From Catajapyx aquilonaris (taxonomy: Eukaryota), in NCBI GenBank assembly GCA_000934665.2, contig KZ538816.1:1-46371 (forward strand): a DNA stretch of 46,371 nucleotides, read 5' to 3'. The position numbers and the translations under genes are program-made. A model generated the notes under the pieces. That model was not told the DNA's origin. It saw only the letters and a list, made by a program, of their open reading frames with translations, and searched no databases. Every line of letters starts with the position of its first letter. Positions within the stretch are counted from its first letter, which is position 1. Shown piece by piece: positions 12,082-25,667 of the stretch.

Positions 12082-15000
12082 TATAGTTGTTAAGTTCTTC
12101 GCATTGAATATTCTCCTATTTCATATTTGACAAGCAAAAGTGGGTGCGCATTTCGAGTTCCGGTCTACACAGCCTACTCCCGCTTTAAACGTACAGCTTA
12201 ACCTGTTCAAATAGGTGCATTATCTCAGTGCATTACACCCGAGATATGAACAAACACCACTTTGTTACTACTTACATTTAGCACACATCTCCCCAATGCA
12301 GTGCAGATTCGTGAGCTCTTGGTAATTGAATAGGGAATTTACGTGACCCGGAGGCAAACATGAGGAACCTTCTTGACGGTAGGTGAATGCAGAGAAATAT
12401 ATGAAAGAGCGACGCCGTGCATTTCCACATTGGCGCATCCCGAGCGTGGGATTAGTTTTTTTTCTTCCCTTTTTCCTCTTTTTTTTCTATTCCTCTAGCG
12501 GCGCCGGATGAGGCCTCTCGGCCTCCACAAAAGGCCCATCGCATCCCCTCCCCCGCCACCCTCCCCCTTACCTCCCGTTTGATATCGATTCGGCAGCCAG
12601 AAAAAGCAGGCCCATTTTCTCACGGATAAAAATTCAGCGTCATAAAGTCAGTATAGAGTACAGCAGGCCCTGCCTTCTGGCCGAGTAGAAATTCGTGTCT
12701 GGTGGTAGTCAGCGCGTCGGCATGAGGACCTCATCTGGTCTAATGAAATTTTAGGAGCATCGAATCTCGTATACTGACTGTCCATCCCCCTCCTACTCCC
12801 GCCTCTCCACCTCTCCCCATTAGTCGAAATGGGAAAAAGAGGGAGGACGCTCAAATCACAATGAATGGGAAGAGCCACCTTCTATACTCTTTTCGAAACC
12901 GGTGCACGTGCTGTCGTTTCCTTTCCAAGTCTCACCTACCTAACCGAATTAGTCAGCGGCTTCTAGAATGGAAAATGCGGACTCAAAATGGGTGTCTCAC
13001 ATGTATCTGTTCTGGACTAATTATGGGGAGCGTCCCCCGTCCAACGCGTTAATAATCTGCACCCATCCTTGTGATAACAGAATTTGGACCTGCCTGTGGC
13101 GCACCACAATGCAGCCCACACATACATATTGATGGTGTACATTTCATAGGCTGTTGGGCATTGGTGTTCGCTCGAGCTTGTAACTAACAGCTTGACGGGG
13201 ATGGGATGAGCTTTTAACCGCAGTTCATCGCAATGTTCACGAAACCAATGCGTATACAAGTAGGCTCAAGCCTTTCTCCAATTCTCATCCACCTACACTT
13301 CACTCTCGCTTTGTACCAGGGTAGAGTAGTCTCTCATCCATCATGTCGAAGCCGAGATTGAGCTTTTGTGGCTGCAAGTTCCGTAGGGTGCGGCTTCTCC
13401 AGGGACAAAGGCCAGCTTTTCTGCGGGAAAACACTTGCCCACCATCACTTACAACTTTCCGTCCCAACTTTTGTCTGTAAGTGAGAAAATTCCAAGAAGG
13501 ACGACTTACTCTTCAGGAACAGTTCCATTTCCTATGCATTTCTACCCACTTTCGGTTCAGTCCGTCAAGTTCCGGACACTTACACATTTTCAAAGACTTC
13601 ATCAAAGAAGCAATCGAGCGGTTCTAAGTGACGAAATTTTGAGAATACCAGTTCCATTCATGAACTACATGTGTGTGCAGTGAATTTAAAAAGGTTGTCC
13701 AGGGGTCATCCTGCAGCACACTTGTACCACCAGAAGTATAATCTACAGGCGTACATTGGTCTCAGTTGCCTTTCATCCTGGTCACTAGATAACCTATGCG
13801 CCTCTATTGCTCAACGCGTTGCCTACAAGTCAGGGGCTTCCAGTACCCTACTTCAGAGTAGAGAAAAAATCAAATAGTTCTGTATTCATCAAGATGAGGT
13901 TCACTCATTACTGTGCATGTGCATAGCAATAATATTCCGAGTAGCAACATCCAGATTGGACTTATCTATGTTTGGAAAAAAAAAGTATGGTACCTGGAGT
14001 TGATAAATACGAAATCAGGATTGAAATGGTTCAGGGACTCACGTCAGTTTTATGGCTAACCCGATGCGCAGTTTTAGCTGGAAGGATAAAACCCGTCGTT
14101 ATCTACCCTATGATTAATACATTCGCTTCATCCAAGCTCCAATTAAAGCTTTGTTTCGTGCTTTATGAGTACCCGACGCATTGACCATGCAAGATCAAGG
14201 GCTGGGGGGATCGTGCTACTAACTAAATGCGCAAATCAAAAGAATAGAACCGATCTCCCGGAAGCCCGAGGCACAATGCAATAATTACACCGCACCATAT
14301 TAACGTGTTCTTTCAGTTGCAACAAAATTAATTTTCTGGCGTGAAATTCGACATGCGGTCCTGCACCGCCCAGTCCTGCAATCAAACAGATTCCACGGCG
14401 TCAATTTGCATTGGCCTATGCGACATCAATACTGGTCCCCCGTCATCAATATACCCCATCTGTTCAGAGCCGGAGGAAGGCATAAAGCAAACATATCTGC
14501 AAAATTATCCCGAGGCTAACTTGTCACCCCCCCCCCCCTACCGCCAAGTACAGAGTCGACCTTATTACTGCAAAGTGCATAAAAACCTGGGATTTTTTGG
14601 ATAGTGGGCGAGGCATCATCGTCGTCAAGAACCACCTAAGCATGCTGTCGAGGCTCATGTGAAAAACTCCATCCTTTACCGTCCATCACTCCGGTGCCAA
14701 CTCCAGTTAACCATTTTCCCAGCTCTACCTCCCCCCCCCCTCTCTCTCCATTTGTATGCCACCCATCTTGAGTTCCCAGGAAAACGGAGAGTTTGGAAGA
14801 AGAAGAAAAAAAGAAATGGCACATATCCGTCTCACTTTCTCGTTTCGTTTTTTTTTTTTGTGTGTGTGTGTGCTGGGAGCTCTTTTTGGTGAGATGATTC
14901 ACGATTCTGGCGTGTTGTCTGCGTTGGTAAAAGATGACCATTGGGAAGCGGTGGGGCATGCGGATAGTATGTTGTGGGAAGGGAGGGAGCCAGGAAAAGT

Positions 15001-17929
15001 AGGGGGGATCGATGTGAAATATATTGCGACGGTCTGGGTTAGAGAGAAAGCTGAAGGGATGTGAGGGAAAAGCTCTTTTTGCCAGTTTTGTGGTTCCGGG
15101 GGACAGTCCAACTGAGCAAGCCTGCATTTGGCCTAAACCGGGAGGGCGGAGCTTCTTTTTTTTTCCTACCCAAGCCTATCCACCACAGGACTGTACGTAA
15201 TGGAAATTTTCTGCCTTTGCCACGGCTTTCGTGGTCACTCGCTAATGGCTGCTGTTTTCATTTAGATCCGCAACTGGGAAGCAGACCCACTTTTATATCC
15301 AATTTTTCCCTTGGCTGCTCCCAGTTATTATCCGCCTTTTTTCCCGAACCAAGCGGAAATTCGAGGTAAATAAGGACTGCTTTTTCCTTAATGAACTCGA
15401 TTATAAAATTCCTCACGCGCAGCACAGATACGGGTATAGGCATGAATAAAAGTGGTCGAGGCCACATTACCCGGAGAAACGAACGCACCGTACAGACTCC
15501 CGTTCCAGAACAAGCATCCCTAATCAGCAGGTGGAGGTCGAACTACTCTCAACCGTGGGACCTTTTCTTTGGACTATTTACACGGTGTAATCAGATTTGA
15601 AGCCAGGACCGGTTGTACGTGCAGAGTCCGGGGGAATAAAATATGGGTCTAATCATGCAAGTACGTGCAACCGACTTGAGAGCTAGGTTTTTTTCTTTTT
15701 TAAATTCAACACGTAGCTTTTGTAGAGAATCTGAACAAAAGCGATTCACCGACTATACGTAAATAGCGTGCGACAATTTCCTGCAGAAATTACGTTTCGG
15801 CAAGGCCACATTGTGAAGGACGCTCTAAAACGACGCGTACGAGAGATAAATTGGGTTACTTTCCGGCTTAAATGAAGGGCCCGGAATCTCCATGCTGTAA
15901 CAAACGCCCGGACATAAAGTTTGAATTCAATTCCACCCACCGGCTGAGTTGAAATCGTGTCGGATTGCACAGGAGCGGAAGAGGTTCCAGGGATGTCCCC
16001 TAGAAAGTTGCACACATGCGCGCGGTAAACGTATATGACGCAACGATGAAGTATGTAGGTTTGGGGGTTAGCACTTGACGGATAATCATACCTGGCCCTG
16101 GTAGAAATAGGGATGTGACCTATGTGATTTTCAGGGTAGAAAAGCTCTCCTAATTAATTATGCGTTAGATGCTCAAGTTTAGGGAGTAGGAGCGCTCCGA
16201 AGGTAATTACTCGTCATTCGGATTCAAATCGGCAGGGACTGAGTCAAGTCTCACAAAAGACGTTCCGCGGGTATCCTGCGACAACATTCCCGCAGTTTGG
16301 CGCCCGCTGTCTAAATGGGACGTAAATCTGGGGTTCGCAGGCTGCTGGAAAGAGCCTGTCGCCATCAGTCATGCAAATGATTTTCGCTGGGGCATTCAGA
16401 TGCAAACGCGTCGGCCTCTAAAGTCGCCTCGGACCAATCACTCAGCGATTGCAGCCAAGGTCTGTTTCCGGATTCCCCACCAATCTGGGCAATTAAGCAA
16501 ATGGGGTAATTCACATTAGCAAGGATGCCCACCCCCCTCTCTCCGCTCACGCAGATGTTTCTGCATGGCTTCCCACACAGGCTTTTCCCGGATTCATAAG
16601 TGAAGGCCATGAAAAAATTATTCGCGGAGAGTGGGGGGCTTTTTTTTATGCCCTCAGGTCCATACACTCATTCCGATATATTCCATTACTGCCCGGTGCT
16701 AAGTTGGTTAGAAGTGGATTACTTTCAAGGGGGCCAAATCCCTGGCCACTTTTTGTTCCGTCTTCCACCACATCCGCAGCATTCCTCTCAAGTTGGGAAT
16801 TAACACCCACTCTTCCAAGTGTTCCAACCTTTCCGACACCTCCCACCCCTTTTTTTTCCTGTGGTGTAATTCACCCGTGTGCATTAGAGTGGTAGTTGTC
16901 GAGTCTGTAGGGGGAGCCATTAGTTGGATGGCGACACGGATTTTTACTTATTCTTATCTGCCTAGCTTATAAATAGATTACACAACCGAATCAGCAATAG
17001 AAAGCTGACATGGAGTACTGACAACTTTGCTATCAATTTTTGACCGCATCCTATTCGAGCAATATCCTGTCGAATTATGTTGGAATATTTTCCAGTAAAC
17101 CTCTCCGTCTCGGGATGCATCCAATATTGAAATTTCCCGACAATAATTCGTTTCACATAAAAGTGGGCAGATAGGAAGGGAGTGAGCTGGTGCAAAACCT
17201 GAAATCCAATAAAAGCTGTATCTGTAGTTTTCTCGGAATGCCCATGGCCTTTTAAGACGAGCGAACGAGAGAAAAACGCGAGAGCTAGGATGAGGACAAA
17301 GTTGGTTCCCCACCTCTTCAACCATCCCATTTTTCCTAACCTTCCCCACCTTACCCCACCCATGCTTTGATCTAGATTTATGCATGAAAAGGCGATGGGA
17401 TGGCAATTTCTTGAAGGCTGAGCGCCCTCTGAGATGATCTTCCACGCCTCATAGAACGGCCCAGATTTTTTTCTCACTGTTTTTTTTTTTTTTTCCTCTT
17501 CGACTTCCTTTCAACGGAAGAGGACACACCGCCAACGCCACCTGACACTCTCAGACAGTCACAAGTCTACCTCAGTTCGTTTTTGTCCCCTTCACTAGGT
17601 TTCGGTTCTCAGGGTGAGCGCCACCTTCAGAGCAGCAAACCCTTTAGCTGGGACAAGCTTTCTTTGTCGTGCTAGTGCTGGGGGGATTGATTCTGGGGCC
17701 GTGCCATTCCGTGCTCGTTCGTGGGAGCTTAATTGGGAAAAGAAGCCTGGCGCTAAAGGTTAAAAACAGCAAGATGGGGGTGGGGAGGGGGGTGGAAGGA
17801 ATAAGGAAACGACCCGACCTCTAGCCCGTTAAAAAAAAGTCACCCTGGAGCCTTCCAAAATTGCGCTACAAGACAAGGGTCACGAGCCTTTTCACAAGGT
17901 CCCCTTGCTATAGCTTGTTGCCTTCTATA

Positions 17930-18078
17930 CAGTACTTCAATTATCCGGATAGCTTGCCTTCAACCGGGCTATAATTGAGTTACTTGGAACTACACAGAAA
18001 AAATGTCCTGAATTGGGAGGCACAGAGAGCAGACCATTTTTTCCCCCTGCGGCTAGCCAGTAATTGCGTAAGATACTG
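17930..18078. mobile_element. Decayed pogo/Tigger-type MITE
   Basis: TA-CAGTACTTCAATTATCCGGATAGC vs rc of right end TA-CAGTATCTTACGCAATTACTGGCTAGC. Confidence 0.45.
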
Positions 18079-21060
18079 TACCTCTACGTGAGCGGTCAAT
18101 ATTCAACTCACCTTTGGACATTGAATTCCCAGCGTTGAAATGATGGTTGCATGGGACAAATGGATTCTACTTGTTACAGAGCACTGCATGCACTTTGGGT
18201 CAACATGATTCTAGATTTGATTACATGTGACTGTAAATTGGGAGTTCATTAGAGATATAATTACAGTAATACTTTCAGGGAAGCTGTAGGTTGATGCTGG
18301 GGCTGATTGGTAAGTAAACGAGTACTATTTACCTTCCTCTTTAAAAATAGTCCCGCAGCTGATTTAATTAGAACTAATTAACATATTGTGGCGGAATAGT
18401 GCTGCAAACTGTCCACAGAAATTATCTTATGAAGTTGTTTATTTCAAATCAACTCACATCTTATCTGAAAAAGCTCAGGTCCTGTATTTGACACTAGACT
18501 GTGACCTGAGCTCATGCAAATAGTCAAAATGCCCCCCTTGCCATTGGAATAGAGAAGAGGCAGTTTTCAGCACACGTAAGCGATGAGTCGTGCACACCAC
18601 CACTCGAACCGCAGGACTGAAAACTTGGGGGGAGTTGTTGAGGTAGTTTGCCCGAGTGATTCCGGGAAGACGCGGCAACCATTTGTGCCAAGTTGGGAGC
18701 GTGCAACCGCCCGAGCGCAAGAGGCATGTTTATCATGCAAGGAGCTGCCATTTCGCCCAGATGATTATGATGCCGCAAGAAAAGCCCTCCTCACTGTTAA
18801 ATGGGGTGGGGTGAGGTGGAGACCCCCCTCACTATAGGCGGGCCTTTCCCTTCGGAGCAGAGGTTTCAACGGGAAAATGACCTTGTCCACTTGTTTCTAC
18901 CCGGATTGCGGCACTCTTTGGCCGCCGCCCAGAATCCTCCATTCCCACTCATTTTCCACTGCATTTGCCGCGCGAGCTATTCCAACCAGGCCCACTGTTC
19001 AACCAGCCTTATTCCCAAAATTTCTATCCTGACTCAGGCTTAGTCCAGGGACACCAAAAGAACCCTTCTTGTTTGTGTGCTGCTAGGTATAGGCACTGGT
19101 TTCAAATCCCGCTGCTAGGATTACTCTACGGTTTTTTTTTTCTTTCTTTCTTTCTTTTATTTTTGTCTCCAGGGCTGGAAAATGTGGCACCAGCTAAGAC
19201 CCCGGGCCCAGTGAAGCAATTTGCTGCCTCAAACACGTCAAGATGATTTTGGATTTATTGCGCCAACTTTGGGGCAAACCTAACGAAGATGTATAGTGGC
19301 GAGACGGTTGAATGCTGATGATGCGCTTTACAAAAGACCATAAATTTACGCACCGAGCTCGCTGCATTTCTCGAAGCCCGTATTCATCGCCCCTGCAAAT
19401 TGAGAGTATACAACAGCTTCACACTCTGACACTTGCCCTTTCATTTTGAACAATGCCCTACTTAAAACTGTCTGAGATATACCAGTATAGCAGGAACTAC
19501 CCAGCGATGTGATGCAGGATGCGTTATAAGCAGTCATTTTTAAATATATACTGTAGTTCTCTTTCAGGTTCAAATATATGAAAATGTTTTGACAAACCTT
19601 GTTGGTATACCGGCTGCGAAAGTCAAACTGCTGTGCTTCATAGCCTATTTGCATTAATGGGTCGGCATTTTCAGATTTAATTCTGAAATTTTACCAGATA
19701 TATTGCGACATTACTATAGTAGGCTACAAGCAAAGTATTGTTCGAGTCAATAAGACAAAATGTTACTTATGAATAAAATCGTTACTGGTGTGTTTAGCAA
19801 GAGAGGATTACAGTTCACAACAGTTTTGGACTATCCCTACGTCTATTACATTCTTTATAGTCACTACATTCATTCCTACATCCTACTGCAACCACTACCA
19901 GAATGAATATAGATCAGGCTTAGCCAGGACAGAACAGTGAGCAGTAAGTTACGTAAATGAATGCTAAGCTGACTGAGTCCTTCTTCACTCCAGGCTGGAC
20001 ACCAATCGCGCGTTGTTGTCGGGACAGTACGAAGGCAGTGGGGATGCACATTAATCTCTTGCCGACATGCTGCGGAAATGTGCAGACCGCTCCGGGACAA
20101 AAGTGTGAAACGAGATTCCATTCCTCCTGGCTGAACAGCAGCATGAAACGCTTCAAACTTCGTCGCCTCTTCAACAATACTCCTCCTTGGAGACATTTCC
20201 CCCCAGCCTTTCAGAACAGGCGAACAAAAATCATTCCGAGGGGGGTACACGAAAAGGAAAAGGGGACGCTTTGACATGATTGTCAAACGGAAATCGGGCA
20301 TTCCAGTAAGGAGGTTTATCGCGTGTTGAATCTTGTGGAAGGAACAAGGAGCTGGAAGCCTCGGTGGGTCTCCCTTTTCCCGTGGCCTCAGCCTTCAGGC
20401 CACACTCTCCCTTGTTTGTTCTCCGGATCCCTACCAATTCGTCCGGGAACGAAAAATCCGATAGCAAGGCAGCCAGTAACGATTGGTACCAAAACCTTGC
20501 TCTCACTTCAACGCCTCAGATTCGGTGTTTTTTTTTCTTTGCTTTTGCTGTACACAAAAATGGCCAGTGCTTCGGCCTCTATAAGATTACAGTATGAAGG
20601 AAGTCTGCCCTGAGGACGCGATCCAGATTTTGCTCAAACTTATTCCAAGGAATTGTAGAGAAGCAGGGGTGGTGGTATTTGAATAACTCATCCCGAGAGT
20701 CAACAAAAGGCCAAGATAAACTTGGCGCCTTGGTGGCTGCCAGATCCCTCTTCTCCCGGCACCAAGCCATTTTCCCGATTGATTCCTCTCAGCCGCTTGA
20801 TTAACCATGTATGAATGCAAAGGAGCCTGAGTGGGGACGGGATTATCAGGAGGGTGGCCAGGAAAACAGGGTACATGACGCGACGGGAGAGAAGCATCAA
20901 CTTGGCGACACCTCAACTACTATTCTCCATGTTCATTTTAGGAGAATATACAATTAAGGAATTATCGTTAATGGGTGGCCAATTCTAATCTTCCTTTTTT
21001 TTCCCATGAGGGATGAAGGCTACTTTATTATAGGTCGCTGGATGATACGCTCATCATCCT

Positions 21061-21133
21061 GGCCCAGTGGCGTAATGAATAACGCGTCTGGTTATGACTC
21101 AGAATATTCTAGGTTCAAATCCTGCCTGGCTTG
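21061..21133 (+). pseudogene. tRNA-Arg(ACG)-derived pseudogene
   Basis: 73 nt colinear with metazoan tRNA-Arg(ACG); anticodon position now ATG, D-loop GG->GA, TTCGA->TTCAA, no adjacent oligo-T terminator. Confidence 0.8.
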
Positions 21134-22169
21134 TTATAACGGTATGTTTAAAGCTTGATGGGATCGTAATCACTCCTGTATAATTTATGGCAAATTTTAA
21201 ATATATTATTTGAAATTGAGGCCATGAGTATAAAGAAGTAATATTGTATATAATTATATGTATCAAAGTTTTGGATATTTTAAAATCATACGGCCTTCAA
21301 AAAGCTCGCCGATGAGGTGGGAATTACTTTGGTATTTCAAACACAATAGTAGCAAATTCATTTTTTTTTGAATTAGAAAGACGTTCATGACAGTGCGGCA
21401 TCATGATGTAACAAGTGGCCGATTGCTGGAAGGCACACTTCGTCTGGCAATGACTAGAGGCTGTTGTTGTTGCTTAGCTTTTTGACTGATGCTGTCCGCT
21501 ATAAAGCTGGGTTCAGACGAGATATGTTCCGGAGCGAAGTGGTAATGCCGGCCGGTCGTTTTCACAAGGCCGACAGCGCTCCCCAAGATTCGTTGACTCA
21601 AATGGGACCGGCACAACAGGACAGTCGCCTCCGGATAGTCTCCCGTGTGAACAATGTTGCTGATATTAACCAATTCTTGGCTTACACGTGGCGGTGATAA
21701 ATTAATTATCCGAGACGGAATTCGAGGTTGCCTAACCCTATACGCATAGCTTAAACTCGTAGGTAAGTCACAAAAAACAACAACTGCGATTCATTGGCAC
21801 GTGTAGCGGTAAACCCTATATAGTACCAGAAGCCCGAGTAACGTGATAATTTAATAGGAAGGCCGGAGGGTGGTAGGTTATGGGCTGATTAATGAGTAAG
21901 ATGGCCGATCGTCCACATTACCTTCACTTGCTTTATGTTGCTAGCCGCTCCCTTAATTTTTAAAATAAAATGAAATGAAATAAAGGTAATAACACCAGAA
22001 AACCCCAAGGAAGAACAAGGAAGATGGTGAAGCGAAGGCTGAGAAGCCATCAGTCAGTGCGAAATCGATAGTTTGTTATAGTCGAGACTGTCAACTGTAA
22101 CATTTGCTACAATCTTTAAAAAAGGCTTCTGATTATGGTACTAAAACACTTTTTCCTCATGCAGTTACT

Positions 22170-22239
22170 GACTTCATGGCGCAGCTGAACGAGCGTCTAC
22201 GGTTCTTAACTCCTCCGGTTCGAATCCGTGTTATAGCCG
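22170..22239 (+). pseudogene. Degenerate tRNA-like sequence (isotype unclear)
   Basis: A-box-like TGGCGCAGCTG and perfect B-box GGTTCGAATCC, but anticodon/variable region shortened and acceptor stem poor. Confidence 0.5.
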
Positions 22240-23541
22240 TTAGCCTTCTATTATAATACAAATAACCTTACAGGCTATACATCTCATTCAAATCAGCCTC
22301 CGCTACGTGTTTCATATCATAATAGCTAATTCCACAAACGTTAATCTTTAACTAACCAGACCACGTTCCCGGATCCGAATTGTAATATTCATGAACATAT
22401 AACACATCTAGGTTTCGCCACGCCACAATACCAGGTCCAAACACTGGGTTACGTGACAAATTCCCAGAACACCTCGAGGGAATCGTTTCATTGCATGGAG
22501 GATTCTTCTCACATGCCGCGATAAAACAAAGTAAAGCGCAATTAGATGCATAAATTAGCGGATGGGAGTTTGGGTCGGAATGCAGTTGGCACAGTCATAA
22601 TCATCCTCCAGCATGTCCCTCTCGGGGGAAAACAACCTAGCTTCTCAACAACCAGATTCAGCAGTGAAACTGCGGAATAGTAAAGTTTCTCTTTTATTCC
22701 TTAGGGAGGTTTTTTCTCGTACAAAAACGTGCCCGTTTGGGCTCAACTTGCACTCGTGGATGAACGAGAAGAATCGGGTTTTCCCATGATGTATTCATTA
22801 AGTCTCAGCAAACGACCGTAACTCCTGCACCACTACCAATCATTTTTTCCATCCTACTAGTTCCACTCTGGTGGAACTCAATAGTTTTACCGGGGGAGTG
22901 GTGAACTATACCACTAAAAATCCTGGGATTTATTACTGCCGTTGGTTCAGCACCAGTAACTCGGCAAAGCACAGCTCAAATGGCAAAGCCTTGAAAACTT
23001 TCTGCACCAAGCTTGTGAGGTGGTCGTCAGAGGATTGGAGAAACGTGAAATGTCTTCCTTGAAGACAACTTGAAAACCTCTAGGCATCTTACGGAACACT
23101 GTCCACGACATGAATAGCAACGTTGGAGGTGGAAAGAAACTTGCTTCAACTAAATAAAAGACGGACCTAATATGAGTGCTGCATGTCAGCAAGCATGTCA
23201 GTGTATATAACACGAGATGATGATTATTTGTAATATTTTTAAATTAACAAATAAATAAATACGTTAATTAATTAACAATGACACAATAAATTATTTCATT
23301 AATGGTTTGTCTACATGTTCATTGCCTAAACAATCCTCTTCGATAAAGGATAATACAGTATAGAACCCGTCTTTCATGTACAGTACGTATTTCCAGCCGA
23401 TTGTCAAGTCGGAGGCCAAGTATTGCTGGTTTCTCCATGCCTAATTTTCAATCGGTTTCCCAAAGGTTTAGTTACGTGCAACACCGGTCCACGCGTTGAA
23501 TATACAAAACAAAAACAGTTTTGGAAGGGAAAGAAGGCCTA

Positions 23542-23614
23542 TGACCCAGTTGCGATTCGAACCCAGAATCTTCTGATCCGAAGTCAGACGCGTTATCCGT
23601 TGCGCCACTGGGCA
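23542..23614 (-). tRNA. tRNA-Arg(TCG), probably impaired/pseudo
   Basis: Minus strand TGCCCAGTGGCGCAACGGATAACGCGTCTGACTTCGGATCAGAAGATTCTGGGTTCGAATCGCAACTGGGTCA; D and anticodon arms intact; 1:72 mismatch and two T-stem mismatches (CTGGG/CGCAA). Confidence 0.8.
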
Positions 23615-24339
23615 TTTTGTTTGAATTGCATTGATAGGCAGGGTAGACAATATTTAAAAATAAAAATAAACAACAATGGACATGCCTATATTGTTGCAAG
23701 AAAAATCCTACTAGTACTTGCAAGTGCATATGCAATATTAATTATTATTAATATTATTTTCGCTGATGTAGGCCAGTGTGAACAAGAAGACAAGAAGATC
23801 GCGGGTATCTGATCAACACTTCTCATCTGTGACAAAAATTGAGACGTTGACATGGGAAAGGGTGTAAGTCACACATGAGATTTTTCGCAGGGGCTAGGCA
23901 AAAACAAACAAGTTTTGAAAACACCGTGTGGCAGATTTTATTACACGAAAGATTTATTATTAGTGGATTTGATACACAAAGTCATGAAAAGTTAAAGTAA
24001 AAGCAGTTTATGAGTTTAACATTTAAAGGTTTAAAGGTAGGCTACTTTTTTTCTTTTTGTGGCACATTTCTCATTGTGACTTACGTCCTTTTCCATGTCA
24101 ACGCCTCAATTGTTTCTCTACTCAACAGTTCAAGCCTGACTGGAAGGTTCTTGTCACAAGCAAGCGTGTCAGACTTCCTGGGAAAAGAGAGAATAGTTCC
24201 ACCGAAGTGCGCCACGATCCATATAGCAGTTCGTCCAGTTGATGAAATGACAAATTAGCGAACTTTATTGTATTAAAGCGTGGCCTCCAAGCATTCAACA
24301 GAGCTATCGATTCCATGTGCAACTGACCACAAGTCCAAG

Positions 24340-24750
24340 TCCAAAGAGACAAGCAGGCTGCTATAGAATCTCGATATTGTGCAGAAATTCTGAAAGGATG
24401 CCAGAATGGGAAATCCGCTCATCCCATCCATCTCTAAACACGTAAAAGTTGTTAGGTCCATGGTACAAGATATAATCAACAGGTGCAAGGACACAACTTA
24501 CACTCAATTGCAGCACAAAAAAGCGATCTGGCACTCCACTTAAAAACCACTCAACAGAGATAGAGCTTTAATGTGGATCATACGGGGGGGAAAACCGGTG
24601 GATGATTACACTGAATGGTCTAAAGAAGTGATCTATAGCTGCGCTGTTATTGTCACATGTACGAGTAATCTCTCAATGTGCCTCATGCAAAGAAGCCCCT
24701 CATGAGCACTCCAGAAGAAAAAGCGATTATATAGAGAAATAGTTGGGCAG
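24340..24750 (+). pseudogene. Tc1-family transposase relic (N-terminal DNA-binding domain)
   Basis: With frameshifts reads AEILKGCQNGKS / SISKHVKVVRSMVQDIINRCKDT / KKRSGTPLK-TTQ-DRALMWIIR / AKKP, matching the Tc1 paired-like HTH, RSGRP.KTT..DR and KKP motifs. Boundaries approximate. Confidence 0.7.
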
Positions 24751-25594
24751 GAGGGCCATGACGTTATGTATTTAGTGACGCGCACCCACTATACAGTACA
24801 GTAAGTTATAGTATGAGAGGAGAAAAAACTCTGTTTGGCTAGATCTCTTGTTTGCCCGATATTTGCTATATCTATCTTGGTGCGAAATCGACGTCGCTCT
24901 GCATGGTTGATTTCGTAACGTGAGAGTGGAGACAGCGCTCAGGACGTCATGACAATGACACTGGAACGCTGTTGTTAAACTGCTTTCATTCATATTCATC
25001 CTATATTCCAAATATGAATGAAATCGGAGTTTAACAACTCGCTGCATTCCCTTGTGAGAACCACCATACGATTCTATTGCAAATAATGTGACCCACTGAA
25101 ACTCCCCAGGATGCGAACAACACGTAAATGCAAGTAAAATTTGAACATCCTGGACCCTATAGCGTTCATTAAAGGGTTGTTCCATAACAAGTGTCGACCC
25201 TCTGCATCTATCATTTAAAAATTGTGGCTGCAAACACTACGTGAAATGAGTGTAGTCCAAATAAGAGTCACATATTTCTGAAAAACCGATGAAGATGAAG
25301 TTTTGTGGTGTGACTGATACTTTTAAAACCGTACATGAGCGCAATCAGTATTAAGAAGTAAAGAAACGATTTGTAGAGAACAGCCAGGAACAAGTGAATA
25401 CCCCCGCTTCATAACCTCATGTTCTGCATGACCTCAATGTACGAATTAATTTCATTCAGACGTGATTATATTATTAATCTTCACTACTACACTATTATAT
25501 GCTCTTCGTATAGTTAGATTTTGCTTGCAACAATATCGCCGTGGCCATTGTTATTGTTTAAAAAATACTGTCTACCCGGCCTACGAATGTCATT

Positions 25595-25667
25595 CAAACA
25601 ATGGCGCAACAGATAACGTGTCTGACTTCGGGTCAGAAGATTCTGGGTTCGAATCCCAGCTGTGTCA
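25595..25667 (+). pseudogene. tRNA-Arg(TCG) pseudogene, inverted paralog of 23542-23614
   Basis: TGGCGCAACAGATAACGTGTCTGACTTCGGGTCAGAAGATTCTGGGTTCGAATCCCAGCTGTGTCA; T arm intact, oligo-T at ~25676-25682, but a ~9-10 nt deletion removes the 5' acceptor strand. Confidence 0.82.

Noticed and set aside
16085..16150. TACCTGGC...TTTTCAGGG weakly U1 snRNA-like, small hairpin
   Set aside because: Lacks ACTTACCTG, loop I GATCACGAAG, loop II ATTGCAC and an Sm site.
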